Shown here: positions 1 to 12,615 of the stretch, piece by piece
Layout of the letters: each line of letters starts with the position of its first letter
Position numbering within the stretch: the stretch's first letter is position 1
Source of the DNA: Chromera velia
Lineage: Eukaryota
Direction: 5' to 3'
Assembly (NCBI GenBank): GCA_018398765.1
Contig: JAHBMJ010000143.1
Coordinates: forward strand, 1 to 55,233
Length of the DNA stretch: 55,233 nt
Made by a program: the position numbers and the translations under genes
Notes under the pieces: model-generated
Databases searched by the model: none
The model's input: only the letters and a program-made list of their open reading frames with translations
Told to the model about the DNA's origin: nothing

Positions 1-62
1 TTTTTGGTGTTTGTGAGAAAGGGAGGGGGGAGGGGAGGGGAGGGGAGGGGAGGGGAGGGGAC

Positions 63-125
63 AGAGAGAACGCAACAGCAGATTCAAGAGAGAGAGAACG
101 CAACAGCAGATTCAAGAGAGAGAGC
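63..125 (+). repeat. Short tandem duplication (2 x ~30 bp, AGAGAGAACGCAACAGCAGATTCAAGAG) after a (GGGGA)n run
   Basis: Two adjacent near-identical copies read directly; lies in the intron upstream of exon 472. Confidence 0.85.
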
Positions 126-471
126 AAATGAGAAAACGAGTGGAAGGAAAAGCCGAGAGAAAGTGTGAAATAAATGTAGTCGGTGATGCCTGTAGAACTG
201 GGATCGATGGTTGGATTCTTCCTTTTAGAGTCCAAAAAAGAGAAGAGATGCGTGCCCCCATTGTTTTTTTTCCCCGTCATGTCTTGGCATCCCAACGCAA
301 CTCGATCAGTCTCTCGTGCTTTGCTTCTAATTGTGTGTCTCCTTACCCTCCCTTCGGCTGGCCTGCATTCATGCATTTCCCTGTCCGTCCTTCCCCTGGA
401 CGTGTATCTTCTGTGTTTTGTCTATTTGTTTCTCTTCTCTGCTCCTCTCTGCTCTCCTTAATTGTTTTCAG

Positions 472-2070
472 AGTCCCGACTGCTCCCTCCAGAAGAGCCC
501 CTTGGGGTGTCTCTCACGAGCGTGTGTGTCCCCTTGTGTCCGTGTCTCGACTGGAGGCCCTGGGAAAGGCGCTGCTGCCAGACGGCGAGATTCATCTGAT
601 CTCTGACAGCCTTGAGGTGATGGAGAAGGCAGTGCAGAACCTGAGGAAATGCGGTACTCCCAGAAGGGGCAGGGGTCGAGAGCTGAGTGGGGCTGCGACG
701 TTTGCGCCCTTTTTTCCTAGTCCCCACTGGACTCTGGGGGCAGGCCCCGAGTATGCCTACGGGAAGTTTCAGGCACCTCGTAAGGAAGGACAGCCAGGAG
801 GAGAGAGCAGTGGAAGTGAGAGATCGGAAGAGTGTAAGCGTCTTCGGTTGGGCAGCTCCGTGAGGATTGAGGAGAGTCCGGTCATAAAGGAGGGAATAGA
901 CGCGGAAGAGGGCATGCTGACGGTGGAACTGCCGAAGAAGCTGCGACGGCAACCGCCCCAATATCAGTTTGTGCAGTCAGTCTTTCCCTTTTGTCGTTTA
1001 TTTAGACACATTCGAGAAAAGAGACAAAATGACCACCCTCCAAATTTTGGCACAAAGGTCCGCGACGGGAAAGAAAAGCAGATACATAGATGGACACATA
1101 GTCAGACAAATAGATAGAGGGAGGTAGACATTGAGGTAATCCTGTACCCAGAAAGAGAGAGCGAGAGAGAAAATGAGAGAAACAGTATCATCTTGTCTCT
1201 GTGTCTGCCTCTATCCAAAGATGAAGGAGCAAAAGCTGCAGCTAGTGAGAGAGTCTGGAGCATTTCCAGGTGTTGTGAGCTTCTTCCAACAATTTGGCTG
1301 ATTGACTGCCTTTTGTCTCCTCTTCCCCCTACACTCTGCGAAGCTCTCATCCCGATTTTCTCTCTCTCTTCCCCTCTTGCCTATCTGCCTATTTTGCTTC
1401 CTCTTGCAGTGCGTACAAGTTGAGGGAGATCTCTCGAGGAACTGAGAAGAAGGAGGAGCGACGGCTCCTGACTGCAGGACAGCGAGACCTCGTTGAGAGT
1501 GTCCACTCAGACGCAGCCAAGCGCCTCCAGATCGCCTCCCGCAGACGTGAACTCTCCCTGGCAACCTCCTCAGGGTCCCAGCTTCAGTTTGTGTACTCAG
1601 GGGAAGCGGGGCCGGAGGAAGGAGACGGGGAAATTATCAGCCTGAGAGGCGAGGGAGAGAATCCGGAGGTGCCGCTGATCGATGGAGTTTCTGAGGACAT
1701 CCGCCGATCCCTCAATCGTGCGAGTGCCATCAAGCAGCGTCACCTGGTGCGGACTCTCAGGGCGCGTGCTCGTGCAAGAGCTGGTGGAGAGGAGGTTTCC
1801 TCTCTTCGTGATGGGAGAGGAATAGGCGAGAGGGCTCCGGTGTCGATCTTCGAACGGATCCTCAGTGATGAAGGTGATGATACTGGAGGGGTATTCGCGC
1901 ACTCTTCACAGCAAAAAGAACAAAAGGGGGAGAGCTTCCGCGAAAGTATTTTAGGTGCAGGAGGATTATCAGATCCTTTGGATGAAGGCGGCGGTGTGAG
2001 GCCTCTCTTTTATACCCGCTGGATCAAACTGCCAGATCCTCAACCGAACTTTCGCTTTGAAAGGATCTGA
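472..2070 (+). CDS. 3' part of a spliced gene, possibly a divergent TrmB/Trm8-like (tRNA m7G46) methyltransferase-fold protein; 5' exons lie outside the window
   Basis: Exons 472-975 (ttttcAG acceptor, GTCAGT donor) and 1410-2070 (ttgcAG) join in frame (..QFVH|AYKLRE..). VPTAPSRRAPWGVSHERVCPLVSVSRLEALGKALLPDGEIHLISDSLEVMEKAVQNL resembles the TrmB FPDPW..RH..RRLV...L...LKPGG.LH.ATD motif but is degenerate. Gene structure is more certain than the family call. Confidence 0.5.
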
Positions 2071-3533
2071 GCACAACTTTAAAATGCGAAGACCTAGGCG
2101 AAGACAAACATGAAAATCATTTCATATCATGACACCAGATGTATATAGATGTATACAAGTTATATCAAAAGCCTTATTAGTAGCTTTGGATTTGGGTCAT
2201 TTGGCTTTGCTTATGCAATGTCAGTCTATAATTTAAACATGTTTATTGTATCATATCCGATTGATATTGAATCAGATATTCTCAAGTAAATTTCCTAAAA
2301 AAAAATCTTTTAATTCTTCTTGTAACACGGTTAGCCTAAGGTCTGTCCAGACAGATAAACTACAGTGTGTTTACTGAAAATGCACTAGTATCTAAACTAG
2401 TATTTTTATGGTATATACTAGTTTAGTACTAGTGTTCACATAATAAAAAATTAGTACTAGAATTAGTATTTGTCTAGTATTACTAAAATTTTTGTTAGTA
2501 ATTTTTTAGTAACGCTAAAAAAAAATCCTGTATTTTTATAGTAATAATTTTACTATTTATTTAGTAATGCTTAAAAAAGCTCTGGAGCAATGATTATTAT
2601 CATAACTTTTAGTAATAATCGATTTAACAGTCAATGTCTACATCAACATCGGACATATATTATGCTCCATCTTTAAGCTGCTCTGCATGCCAGTGGAAAA
2701 GGCTGTTCGACGGATTAAGTTCTAATTAACTAAAACCTCTTTTTCCTCTTTTATATGAATTTGTTGCTAGATTTGTTGGATGCTGCTAGAAAACCGGTGC
2801 AAGCAACCCACAGAGTGATGTGGAATGCTGGAAACGCAGCAAAAATATGGTTCTCATATGAGTATACGTATAAAATTCAATTAAATCGATGTGGTGAAGC
2901 GGCTAGACCAGACAATCAATCAACCTTCTGTACACGTATATTTAATTTGCTTTATCATTTGCTCTTCATCTACCCCTTGGCCCTCCCTATTCATGCAGTG
3001 CTCTCACCAAAGCAACAATCCTATTTGGAGTAAACTGCCAGCTGGTGGAGTAGACTGCCACTTTATATCGATTCACTTTATAATGAACGTTACTAAGTAA
3101 AAAAATAGTACACATCGGTTGCAGGGACTCAGAGTGAATCGTAATTCGGGGGTGGAGGGAGCAGACCCGGGAGAGAAAGAGACAAGGAAATGGTTGTGGG
3201 ATGGCTTGAAGGCAGACCCCGAAAGTACTATAAAAATTATTCAAGAGCTTTGTATTTCTTTTTACTCATTTGAATCAGTTCGCTGAACACTCTCTAACTT
3301 GTTGTTTCTCGATTTTTCCTCTATTTCCAATTCAGCTTCGCCGTTGAAGTCTTGCTTCAGCCTACCGTCTTTTGAAGTAGAGCTAGGCTTTTGAATAAGG
3401 CTTGCATAAATATGGACTGCCAGGAGCTAGGCTCCAATAGCTATAGTCATTTATTCATTCATTCATTCATACTGTATAAAATACTCAAATTTTACTAGGT
3501 AATTTTTTTAAAATACAGTTGAGCGTAGGACTA

Positions 3534-4449
3534 CGTAGGATATCAAAATCAAATAATAAAACATAACGTTATTTTTCGGTTTTTTTTTTTTAATATTTGA
3601 TTTTGGTTTTTTTATTTTTCAAACCATCCAAATATAAATCAAGACACTAGTTAAGATATAAGTTCTAACTAAAGCTTATTAGGAAGTTTAAGTTACTGTT
3701 TAACCAGATTTATAAAATTTAGTTTTTTATATAAAGATCCACAAAGATCCACAAGAGGAGACAGAAGTCTACGCACAGAACTGACTGAAATGAATTCAAA
3801 CGAATCTTAAATTACTGAGTGACGCTAGAATTGAATTTTATCCATTGAGCGATCCCTACCAATCCCTTTGGCAACCAGCGCTTTCACACTGTGTGTTAGG
3901 ACTACCTGAAAAAGCAAGAAGAAGACCATTCAACGATGATGCTGGCAATATCATTAAGGAGAAGGGGTGGGTGTGAGCGAAGTGCAAAGACTGCAACTTT
4001 TGGTCTCATGATTGAAGGCAATGACAGAACGCGTTTTAAAAATATTTTCAGGGTCGTGAAGCTTTCAGAGTTCCAAAAAAATAGAAGAAAAAAGATGAAG
4101 ATGCCGGCGCGAAACAATGGGTAGGTCGGTATATAGGCGGAGGTGCCGATTGAGGTTGTCAAAATTCTTGAAGAAGGAAGTGCAAAAAGTGTATAATTCA
4201 GCCTATCGTATATAGACTAACTTCAAAATTCACTTTCATTAAAATCCATAAAATTGCTTTCAAAAATTCCAAAATAATTCATTTGAATTTTTAAACACGT
4301 TTTTACTAGGTGACCGGAAGGTTTTGGTAGCAACCTATAGGGTAAAAACGAAAAAAGATCAAACTTTACATTTTTTGCATTTGAATCATATGGTCATTTT
4401 TTTTTCGGTTTTGATTATTATTTTTAATTATTGTTTTTAATATCCTACG
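3534..4449. mobile_element. Putative non-autonomous TIR element (~916 bp)
   Basis: Imperfect ~30-bp inverted repeats: CGTAGGATATCAAAATCAAATAATAAAA at 3534 and, as reverse complement, CGTAGGATATTAAAAACAATAATTAAAA ending at 4449. AT-rich subtermini; TSD not clean (ACTA/CCTA). Confidence 0.5.
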
Positions 4450-5209
4450 CCTAGAAATATAGGGTATCTAAGTTGCAGGAGCGCCCATCTTTTTCGCCTG
4501 TGGAGGGGGGATTTAGAGGGATTGAGCTGCTCGCGGGAGCTGAAGGGAGGGCATTGCATGAGAGGGTTTGATGCACTTATTGTAGTAGGCATAGGGGAGT
4601 AGGTGAAGTTAATTAGGGGAGGAGGGCTGGACAGGACAAGAGGGTGGGAAGGGCTTGACTGCAGGAATTTCATGAGAAGCTCTGGAGATAAAGACGCCCA
4701 AGTGGCACGACTCGAGAGGAGAAGAGAGAGCTTTATTCAGATTCGATAGAGAAGACCATGCTACAGGAAAGGAAAATGGACAAGGGCGCTCAAGATGAGA
4801 AATGAGAAGGAACTACGCCATATTCCATCCGACAATTTAATCTTCAACTTCGTGCGGTCATTGGAACCGGATAGGGAAGGACAGAAAGGAAGTGGAAACA
4901 CCGCTTCTCAGGCCTGGTTAAACAGTCATGCACATAAAGGAAGAATTATGTGTCCAAACTGCTTTTGGTTTGCGTTTTCTCCACACACCTAGGTCAGTCT
5001 TATGCAGGGCAGAGCACATGACTTCCAAGAAGCTTGATCGACGTACATGTACTAAGAATGTACCGCACAAAGAAGCTCACACTCACCCGTCCTTTCTTCT
5101 CCTGTTGTTGTTAGCCATTGTATCTTCCATCATGTCGATCTCCTGCGCACTGGCAGATTTAAGAATAATATGATCGAAATGCAAAGATATATAGATCTAT
5201 CAATATACG

Positions 5210-5236
5210 TCTGCCTGTCTGTTATCTATCCATGTT

Positions 5237-5282
<46 letters not shown>

Positions 5283-6025
5283 CCTATCTGTTCACTTGTG
5301 CGGCTGTGAAAAAAAGGAAAAGCGAATAGAAATAGAAAACGAGATGGTCTATCTATCTGTCTGTCTATCTGTCTGTTTATCTCAGTGTTGCCCTCGGCAA
5401 TATGCACACTGACCTTCTTGCATGATTTCACATACACACACAGTCCCATTTTTTCCCCACTTCATTTATTCATTCAATCATTCATCTATCCATTCATCCA
5501 TGATCCATCTATTCATCCATCCATTTATTTGTCCATCCATCTCTCCGTCCAGTCAGCTATCAATTCATGTATCCATTTATTGATCCATTCATCCATCTGT
5601 TCATCCATCCATTCATTCATCCGTCGAGTCATCCATCCGTGAAGCTCTGACACACGTGTACACACATATATACATACATACATACATACATATACACACA
5701 TATACACACACATATGCACACATACAAAGCGGAAATGAAGGAAGGAAGGAAGGAAGGAAGAAAAGACGAAAGAAAGAAAGAAAGAAAAAAAGAAAGAAAA
5801 AAAGAAAAAAAGAAAGAAAGAAAGAAAAAAAGAAGGAAAGGAAAAAAAAAAGAAAGAAAAAAAGAAAAAAAGAAAGAAAGAAAGAAAGAAAGAAAGGAAA
5901 AAAGAAAAAAAGAAAGAAAGAAAGAAAAAAAGAAAGAAAGAAAGAAAGAAAGAAAGGGAGCGAGGGAGGAAGAAAAGAAGGAAGAAAGGAAGGAAGAAAG
6001 GAAAAAAGAAAGAAAGAAAGGAGAA
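5210..6025. repeat. Compound microsatellite block: (TGTC)n, (TCCA/TTCA)n, (TACA/CA)n, (GAAA/GGAA)n
   Basis: Directly visible; accounts for the K/R/E-rich and F/S/L-rich ORFs in the track. Confidence 0.95.
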
Positions 6026-6760
6026 TAGTTTGACAGAGAGACACACTGCCAGATGCACAGACTGAGTTCAGAGAAGTGGACTAACGGAAAGAAAAACAAA
6101 ACTTAGGCAGAGGATCAGACAGATGGACGGATAAGCAGTATGCAAGCAGACAGGCAGTCTAATTCAGCTCATCTGAGAAAATGAAGAATCCGCATATCAC
6201 ATGCATATGAAATGAAGGCAAACCGACCGAGGAAGCATTCGAGCCATCGTCTGAGAATTCTTTCCCCGGCATCTGCTCATGAACATGCAAAAGAAATGTG
6301 AGCAAGAGATACATATCATGTACGTACAAACGAGAAGGTGAGACGAAGCAATTAAAAGAAATCTAAATGAAAAGATAAAGAAAAGACACAAAGGTAGACA
6401 GAGGGGCAAATAAGTGAGTAGGTAAATAGACAAACCGGCCGAGCATCACTTGTGAAGAGAGTGGGGGCAAAAAAAGTAACAGTATCGAGAGCGTATCATA
6501 ATGAGAAGAAAAGAAAAGAAGAGACTTGCAGATCGAGAGCAAGAAGAAAAAAAAGGAGGAGATGAATTAACGAGGGAGGGGAGGGGAGGGGGTGAAGGCC
6601 CTTTAGATCGTCATGAAAGAGTCCCATATGCAAACATAATTCAGCGCATTTCTTCTGGCATGTGTCCTCATTGTAATCTCAAAAACAAGGTGGTATTCAA
6701 GAAAAAATGGATGGAAGGTAGACAGGACGGAAATTAAGAAACAACGAAAGAAGAACTGAC

Positions 6761-8099
6761 CTTGAAGATCCATGCTAGAGGATGCTGGGGTGCGATGCAC
6801 GGTGAGGGCATCCATGAGAGGAAATCCTCTCTCAGGGAGAGCTCCTGTCGTTCCTTCTTCTCCTCCACATAAATTCAATGAGCGGATTTCAAAGGAACAA
6901 AAAGGAAAAAACCACTTTCGCGATCAGGCCAATGTACGTTAATTCAAACAGGTGCATCAAACAAAAACGTACGTGCATGACTGCGTGTTCGACCGGCCTT
7001 TCTGGAGACTCATGCAGGGTGAAATTGAGGGGGGAAGAAATCAGCGATCACCAGACCAGCAACATAAAGAAACATGTAGTCTCAGTGTCTCACCATAGGA
7101 CAAAAACCAAAGGGATCTGCAAAACTTTCTTCTGAACACGCTGCTCCAAAATATAAAGCAGCAATACTACATTGAGCAACATGAAACCCTCTCAATTCTA
7201 ACAGACCTTTTCCACCCCCTTCTCATAGACCGCATCCCATGTTCGCCCATCTCTATTGAGCACGCCCCTCCTGCAGGGAATCACGTGCAGAGGAAGAAAG
7301 CTGAAAGATTCACTAAGGGACGTTCATCCTGCAGGGGTGTTGACTTGAATGTTCTCCATTTCTTTTTTGACCAATTTGCATATATTAGGGAGCTCTTTTT
7401 GAAAAGTATTAAGTGAGCCGATCAGGAAAGAAAAGGGAACAGTAGTGAAAATTGACCAGGAGGTAGACCATAAAAAGATCACATGCACTCGTATTGTTTG
7501 ATCTTTCGTTGATTTGCTTTCCACGTATACGTCTCTAAAAAGGGATATATACTGCGATATACTGACCCATGAGGTCGATTGTTGAGGTAATGCCCTTCAA
7601 AGGTGCCCCACCTAGTCGCAGGAAAACCGTCCCCCATCCCCCGTCTCCCTCCCCTCCGCCTCCTAAGACTCCCAAAATTCCTTCACGCTGCCCGTGAACC
7701 CTGTCCCTTCAGAATACTTTGGCCCCCCCCTCCCAGTCCCTTCCCACTCAAACCTCGCTCCTGCTTCCTCCTTTACTGCAGTGCCCCTTTCAATGTCATT
7801 CCTCTCCCATACTCCCGCCAGTATCTCCCATTTCCCATTGTACTCCCCCCCCTCCCCCTTACTCCAGTACCAGAGAACCCCTTTTCCCTCAATCTTCCCC
7901 CCTTAAACTCCCCCATGAAGACTCGAAGTCCTGTAAGCCCATCCCCATAATATAGCCTCACTCCCTCCGCCTCCTTCTCCCCCATTTCCCCCCTGTACTT
8001 CGACTTCCCCCCTCCCGGCGCCTTGAAACCCCCGTAATCGATCTCTTGGCCCTTCTTTGCTGCCTCAATGGCGGACGACTTCGTCCTTCAGAGACTGCT
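6761..8099 (-). pseudogene. MORN-repeat protein gene, disrupted (frameshifts and TAG stops); further candidate exons near 6230-6290, 5087-5142 and 8670-8960
   Basis: Minus-strand reading gives MORN-like units KYRGEMGEKEAEGVRLYY, VFMGEFKGG[fs]KIEGKGVLWY and WGTFEGHYLNNRPHG|RGVLNRDGRTWDAVYEKGVEK. Exons ending 7567, 7270-7207 and 6844-6761 have AG/GT ends and compatible phases. The 8099-7567 segment needs about 3 frameshifts and has 2 TAG codons. Confidence 0.55.
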
Positions 8100-9129
8100 C
8101 TGCAATTAAAAGCAACACAGGAGGGGAAGGAAGGAGGGAAAAGGTCAGTGGAATGTCCCTGCATACATGCATAAATTCTTCTTTTCTGCTCCTTCTGCTT
8201 CCTTGCCTTGGCTTGCTTCTCCTGCCATCTAGACAAAATCAAAACTCAAGCATGCATACATGCTCGTACATGATCAATCGGTCGAGTGACTTTGACAGTG
8301 AACACACACGCATGCCATGAGGGCGAACCACGGTAGAACAGCAGCAGTGGTATTCGCAGAGAAAAAAGCAAGCAAGAGATAGGAGAAGAAGCAGAACTGC
8401 AATTTTGGTGGCATTGTGGTGGTCTCTTGCTGCATGATCTCCCATCTGTATAGACAGAGAAAGTATACATGCACAAACACAAAAGGACCTGGTGTGAATA
8501 TATATGCATTCATGCAGCATCGTCTGAACTCGGAACAGAAAGTGCCAAGCCAGCGGCGCTTTATGCGAGCTACGATAGGGAAACACGATGCTTGGGCCCC
8601 ACTGAAACCTTGCTGAGTCAGACCTGATATTGTAAATTATATAAGGTCAGTCGATTCGATGCATATATACCTGTCAGACGATGAGTATCTCTGCAGGTCT
8701 TCCTTTGCTGGAATGCAACCTGTGCAGTTCCTCTTTCCTGACCGGTGCGCTTCCTCATAAGCACGCGCAAGAGCTCTTCAGGGCGAATGCGGCCACTTTC
8801 TTTTTCGTTTGCAAAATAAGCTGAATTTTGTTAATTGTTGAGAAAATCAGCCCACAATTCAAGAACTCTCCTACCTGCACATTGAAGACCGATTGACTCT
8901 CTCTCAGAGAACGTAGAAGACACCTTAAAGTACGTGCCGTGAGCCAGTGTCCTGTGTCATCGGTGAAGGAAGGGGCCGACACATGCCCTTGTCATATGTG
9001 TATACACAATTAACTGAGCTACTATTAAACGGAAAAGGAAACTTATTTCTGCATGGCATGCAGTGGTACTCACGCATTTGACTGACACAAAGAAAAGGTT
9101 TTGCGCCAAGCGCCCTGCTCGGGTTCTCT

Positions 9130-9138
9130 CCCTCCCCC

Positions 9139-9171
<33 letters not shown>

Positions 9172-9191
9172 TCTCTCAGAGTCTCTCCTAG

Positions 9192-9226
<35 letters not shown>

Positions 9227-9247
9227 CTCTTTCTTTCTCCCTCTCTC

Positions 9248-9278
<31 letters not shown>

Positions 9279-9379
9279 CTCTCTCTCTCTTTCTCTCCCT
9301 CATCCTCTTTCTTTTTCTTTCTTTTTTTCTTTCTTTCTTTCTGTTTTTCTTTCTCTCTTTCCTTCTTTCTTTCTTTCTT

Positions 9380-9411
<32 letters not shown>

Positions 9412-9441
9412 TCTCCCTCTCTCTCTCTTTCCCCCCCTTTC

Positions 9442-9476
<35 letters not shown>

Positions 9477-9497
9477 CTCTTTCTTTCTCCCTCTCTC

Positions 9498-9528
<31 letters not shown>

Positions 9529-9629
9529 CTCTCTCTCTCTTTCTCTCCCTCATCCTCTTTCTTTTTCTTTCTTTTTTTCTTTCTTTCTTTCTGTTTTTCT
9601 TTCTCTCTTTCCTTCTTTCTTTCTTTCTT

Positions 9630-9661
<32 letters not shown>

Positions 9662-9691
9662 TCTCCCTCTCTCTCTCTTTCCCCCCCTTTC

Positions 9692-9722
<31 letters not shown>
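9130..9722. repeat. Poly-C plus (CT)n/(CTTT)n tract containing a 250-bp tandem duplication
   Basis: Landmarks recur with a period of exactly 250 (catcctcttt at 9301/9551; cgatct at 9441/9691). Confidence 0.9.
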
Positions 9723-9724
<2 letters not shown>

Positions 9725-9807
9725 GCACTGTCAGTTTGAACGTCTAACTCTTTATAGTTTACAAGAAGTCAACCTCTAAAGTCTCACCAAAATGAGAAAT
9801 TTAGCTT

Positions 9808-9908
9808 TCTAAATTATTTTAGTTTACTATTCTTAATTACTCTAAATTACTTTAAATTACTAAGCTAAATTACTCTAAATTAATTTAAATTACTATCTAA
9901 ATTACTCA
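9808..9908. repeat. Degenerate minisatellite of ~10-nt units (CTAAATTACT)
   Basis: About 7 imperfect copies in an AT-rich tract. Confidence 0.75.
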
Positions 9909-10079
9909 AACTTGCATACAAAGTACATACGAAAACACTTATATGACAGCTAGTAAAATATACTATAATTTATCAAGTTCCGCCAACTTTGATGATTATT
10001 TAGGCAAAATTAGCATTTTCTGTGTGAATTAAGTTTCTCGTGTATAGATTTCCTGCTCAGTACTTTTCAGGTCGTGTAA

Positions 10080-10086
10080 GTCGCGT

Positions 10087-10129
<43 letters not shown>

Positions 10130-10144
10130 CGTAAGAGAGCGAAA

Positions 10145-10238
<94 letters not shown>

Positions 10239-10303
10239 TGTCTGCCTGCGTGTGTGTGCGTGTGTGTGCGTGTGTGAGTGAGTGAGTGAGTGAGTGTGTG
10301 TGT

Positions 10304-10345
<42 letters not shown>
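10080..10345. repeat. (TG)n/(CT)n/(GTGA)n/(GA)n microsatellite block
   Basis: Directly visible. Confidence 0.95.
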
Positions 10346-10968
10346 TCGCAGGAAGGAAGGAGCGAGAGACGCAGCTGCAACCATCGGGACACAAACACAG
10401 CAGCAATATCAAGTCAGACAAAATCGCACATGGGAAGGCATACACAGTTAGACCTTTCGATTCGATTCATATCACAAAAACAAGGTAAGATTCTCCGTCT
10501 TTTCAGCCTTTCTTCATGAGTCCTTCTATTTCTCTGTTTTGTTGTTCCTTCATTCCTTTCTTTCTTTGCTGTCTTCTTTCCTTCCATCCTTCTTCCCTAG
10601 CTCCCTTTGTAGCGAGCGTCCCACGCAGGCAGGCCCATACATCAGAATTCATATCCCCTTGGTGCCTCCGGACCTTTGCGCTTTTATTTGTGGCCATGAC
10701 ATCCTTGCTTTACTCATTTTATCTTCAACAGATGTTCTTTCGCTTTCTGTTGAGTCTCTTTGCACACAACATCTGGAAGGACCTCCCCCTCACCGCATAA
10801 ACCGGCCTTTCAACACACACGCATCGCGTTGCAGCACAATTCCATTCCGTGCGTTTTCACAATGCTTCAACGGTCTGCATGGAGTTTTTGTTCCATGACT
10901 CGTAAACGCATGAGCACGCATACATACAGTCAAAGAACAAAACAGCTGCTCCACTGGCAGCGCCTCCT

Positions 10969-12126
10969 TCACACTGCAGATGCAACGACGTCCATCCCCC
11001 GCCCTTTCTCTTTTTCCATCTCCCCCCCTTGCTCTTGCTCTTCTGAGCGTGCCCACACGTCCACAACTGGAGTGTCACGATCCATCTCAGTGTCACCATC
11101 AAAATCCTCCCTTGTCTCGGTGGATTTCGCCAATCCGAAACCAGAGCGCAACACGAAAATCATAACCACAACCCCAACGACTCCGCCAATCATGATGACG
11201 GAAGAGAAGACAGATGGACTCGTGTCTAGCAACAATATGATTTAGAATCCAACCACCAAACAGTAGACACACCACTGGACAAGCGCACACAAGGACCGGC
11301 AGATGCACCCCCCACACTCTCTCCTCACAACTCCCAAAGTAATCTTTCCAGAAATCCTCCGCAACTCTGCGTTGCTGTCTACCCATCCCTCTGGTCCCAC
11401 TTTGTCCTCAATCCATCGTAAGACTTCTGCGTACGCTTCTGGTGAGCGGAAGAAGTCACTTTCAATCCACAGCTGTTTTTCCGTTCTGCTCTCTTGGTCC
11501 GCGTTCGTTTCGGTTCTCAGAGGAGCATCTGAGTAAGTGATGCACACACGTGGTGACACCTTCCAGCACACACACGCCCGGCGCGCGCGTTGCACAACGC
11601 ACTGAGTCAGACTACTGGCTACAATCTCATGCATTCGAATGGGTGCGACGTCCGTCAAGGACCCTCTTCGCGAGGAAAAGAAGTTCAGAAACCATCCGAG
11701 AAACCGGGACCTTGTGTGCTGTGCCACTGCACCGATCGCTTCCCCGGGCACGCTGCTGATAGGAGTGATTTGTAGGCGGTCGTGCAGGAGACAGACCGAA
11801 GCCTTCAGGGACCACCTGTGCCAAGCATAGACGGATGAAACGACGATCTGGAACGTCAAGTAGTAGACAAAAACGAGTAGAGGAAAGGCGCCCAATACTG
11901 GGGCCAACAGAATGTCGCCTGTGCGACTTGCCCAAAAAGCTAGAGCAGCGACTTGTTCGAAAAGGAACCACAGGATCAGAAGAGGGAAGAGAAAGCCGCT
12001 GAGGATGAACTCGACTGACGCAGTGTAAAAGAATTGTTGAACCGTCTCCGTCTCTTCTGGCCGTCTCCGAATTTCACCCTCTGACGGGACTCCGCGTGGG
12101 ATCAGCGAAAGATCCCTCGCCGACAT
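10969..12126 (-). CDS. Intronless hypothetical membrane protein: 294 aa to the TAA at 11244-11242, or 385 aa if that in-frame stop is a recent nonsense mutation or is read through
   Basis: ATG at 12126 (MSARDLSLIP..). Two N-terminal hydrophobic helices and a soluble middle. The 10969-11235 ORF is in the same frame and continues a hydrophobic stretch across the stop (..VYCLVVGF*IILLDTSPSVFSSVIMIGGVVGVVVMIFVLR..). Confidence 0.65.
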
Positions 12127-12256
12127 GTTCAGATGACAACCGAACACATGCAGTTGGAGGGAGATTCTCAAAACATGTGCAGAGAGCTGATGGGATTGAT
12201 GTGCAAAGAGGTTTCAAGCGGCACGCATTCGATGTCACTTCCTTCTCATGCAAGTG

Positions 12257-12292
12257 ACGCACGCGCCGCGTTGGAGCGCGCCGCGCGGCAGG
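12257..12292. promoter_or_regulatory. CpG-rich islet in a divergent (head-to-head) promoter region
   Basis: ACGCACGCGCCGCG..GCGCGCCGCGCGG lies between divergent ATGs at 12126(-) and 12616(+); similar islets at 30619-30726 and 43655-43708. Confidence 0.45.
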
Positions 12293-12615
12293 CTGACTGA
12301 GCCACACACATGCCACACACTGACACAAGTTTTGGCAAGTCTGACACTTTGATGGCCTTAAGAACCTTAAGTTGATGCTTGTCCTCTTGTATCGGACCTA
12401 ATATTGAGTTGCAAGCTTGGTGCTCTGATCGCTTGTTGTTACATACATGGCAGTTGGATGCAGCACTCCGTCTGGAATTGCGGACGGGTAGATAAAAGAA
12501 GTGATCGAAGTGCCATCCCGTGCAGCTAGAATGTAGCTCTCTGGTGTCTCTCTTCATTATTGCTTCTCGAGTCCATCGTGCTGTGCGAGTCCGTTTTCCC
12601 CCCATTGTTGCCACC

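Noticed and set aside
2950..3260. GC-richer patch in an AT tract that might be a coding relic
   Set aside because: No recognisable motif or consistent reading frame.
5525..6099. K/R/E-rich and F/S/L-rich ORFs of 100-177 aa
   Set aside because: Translations of (GAAA)n and related microsatellites.
9070..10519. ORFs with RE/SL/HT/CV dipeptide runs
   Set aside because: Microsatellite artefacts; the 250-bp duplication may itself be an assembly artefact.
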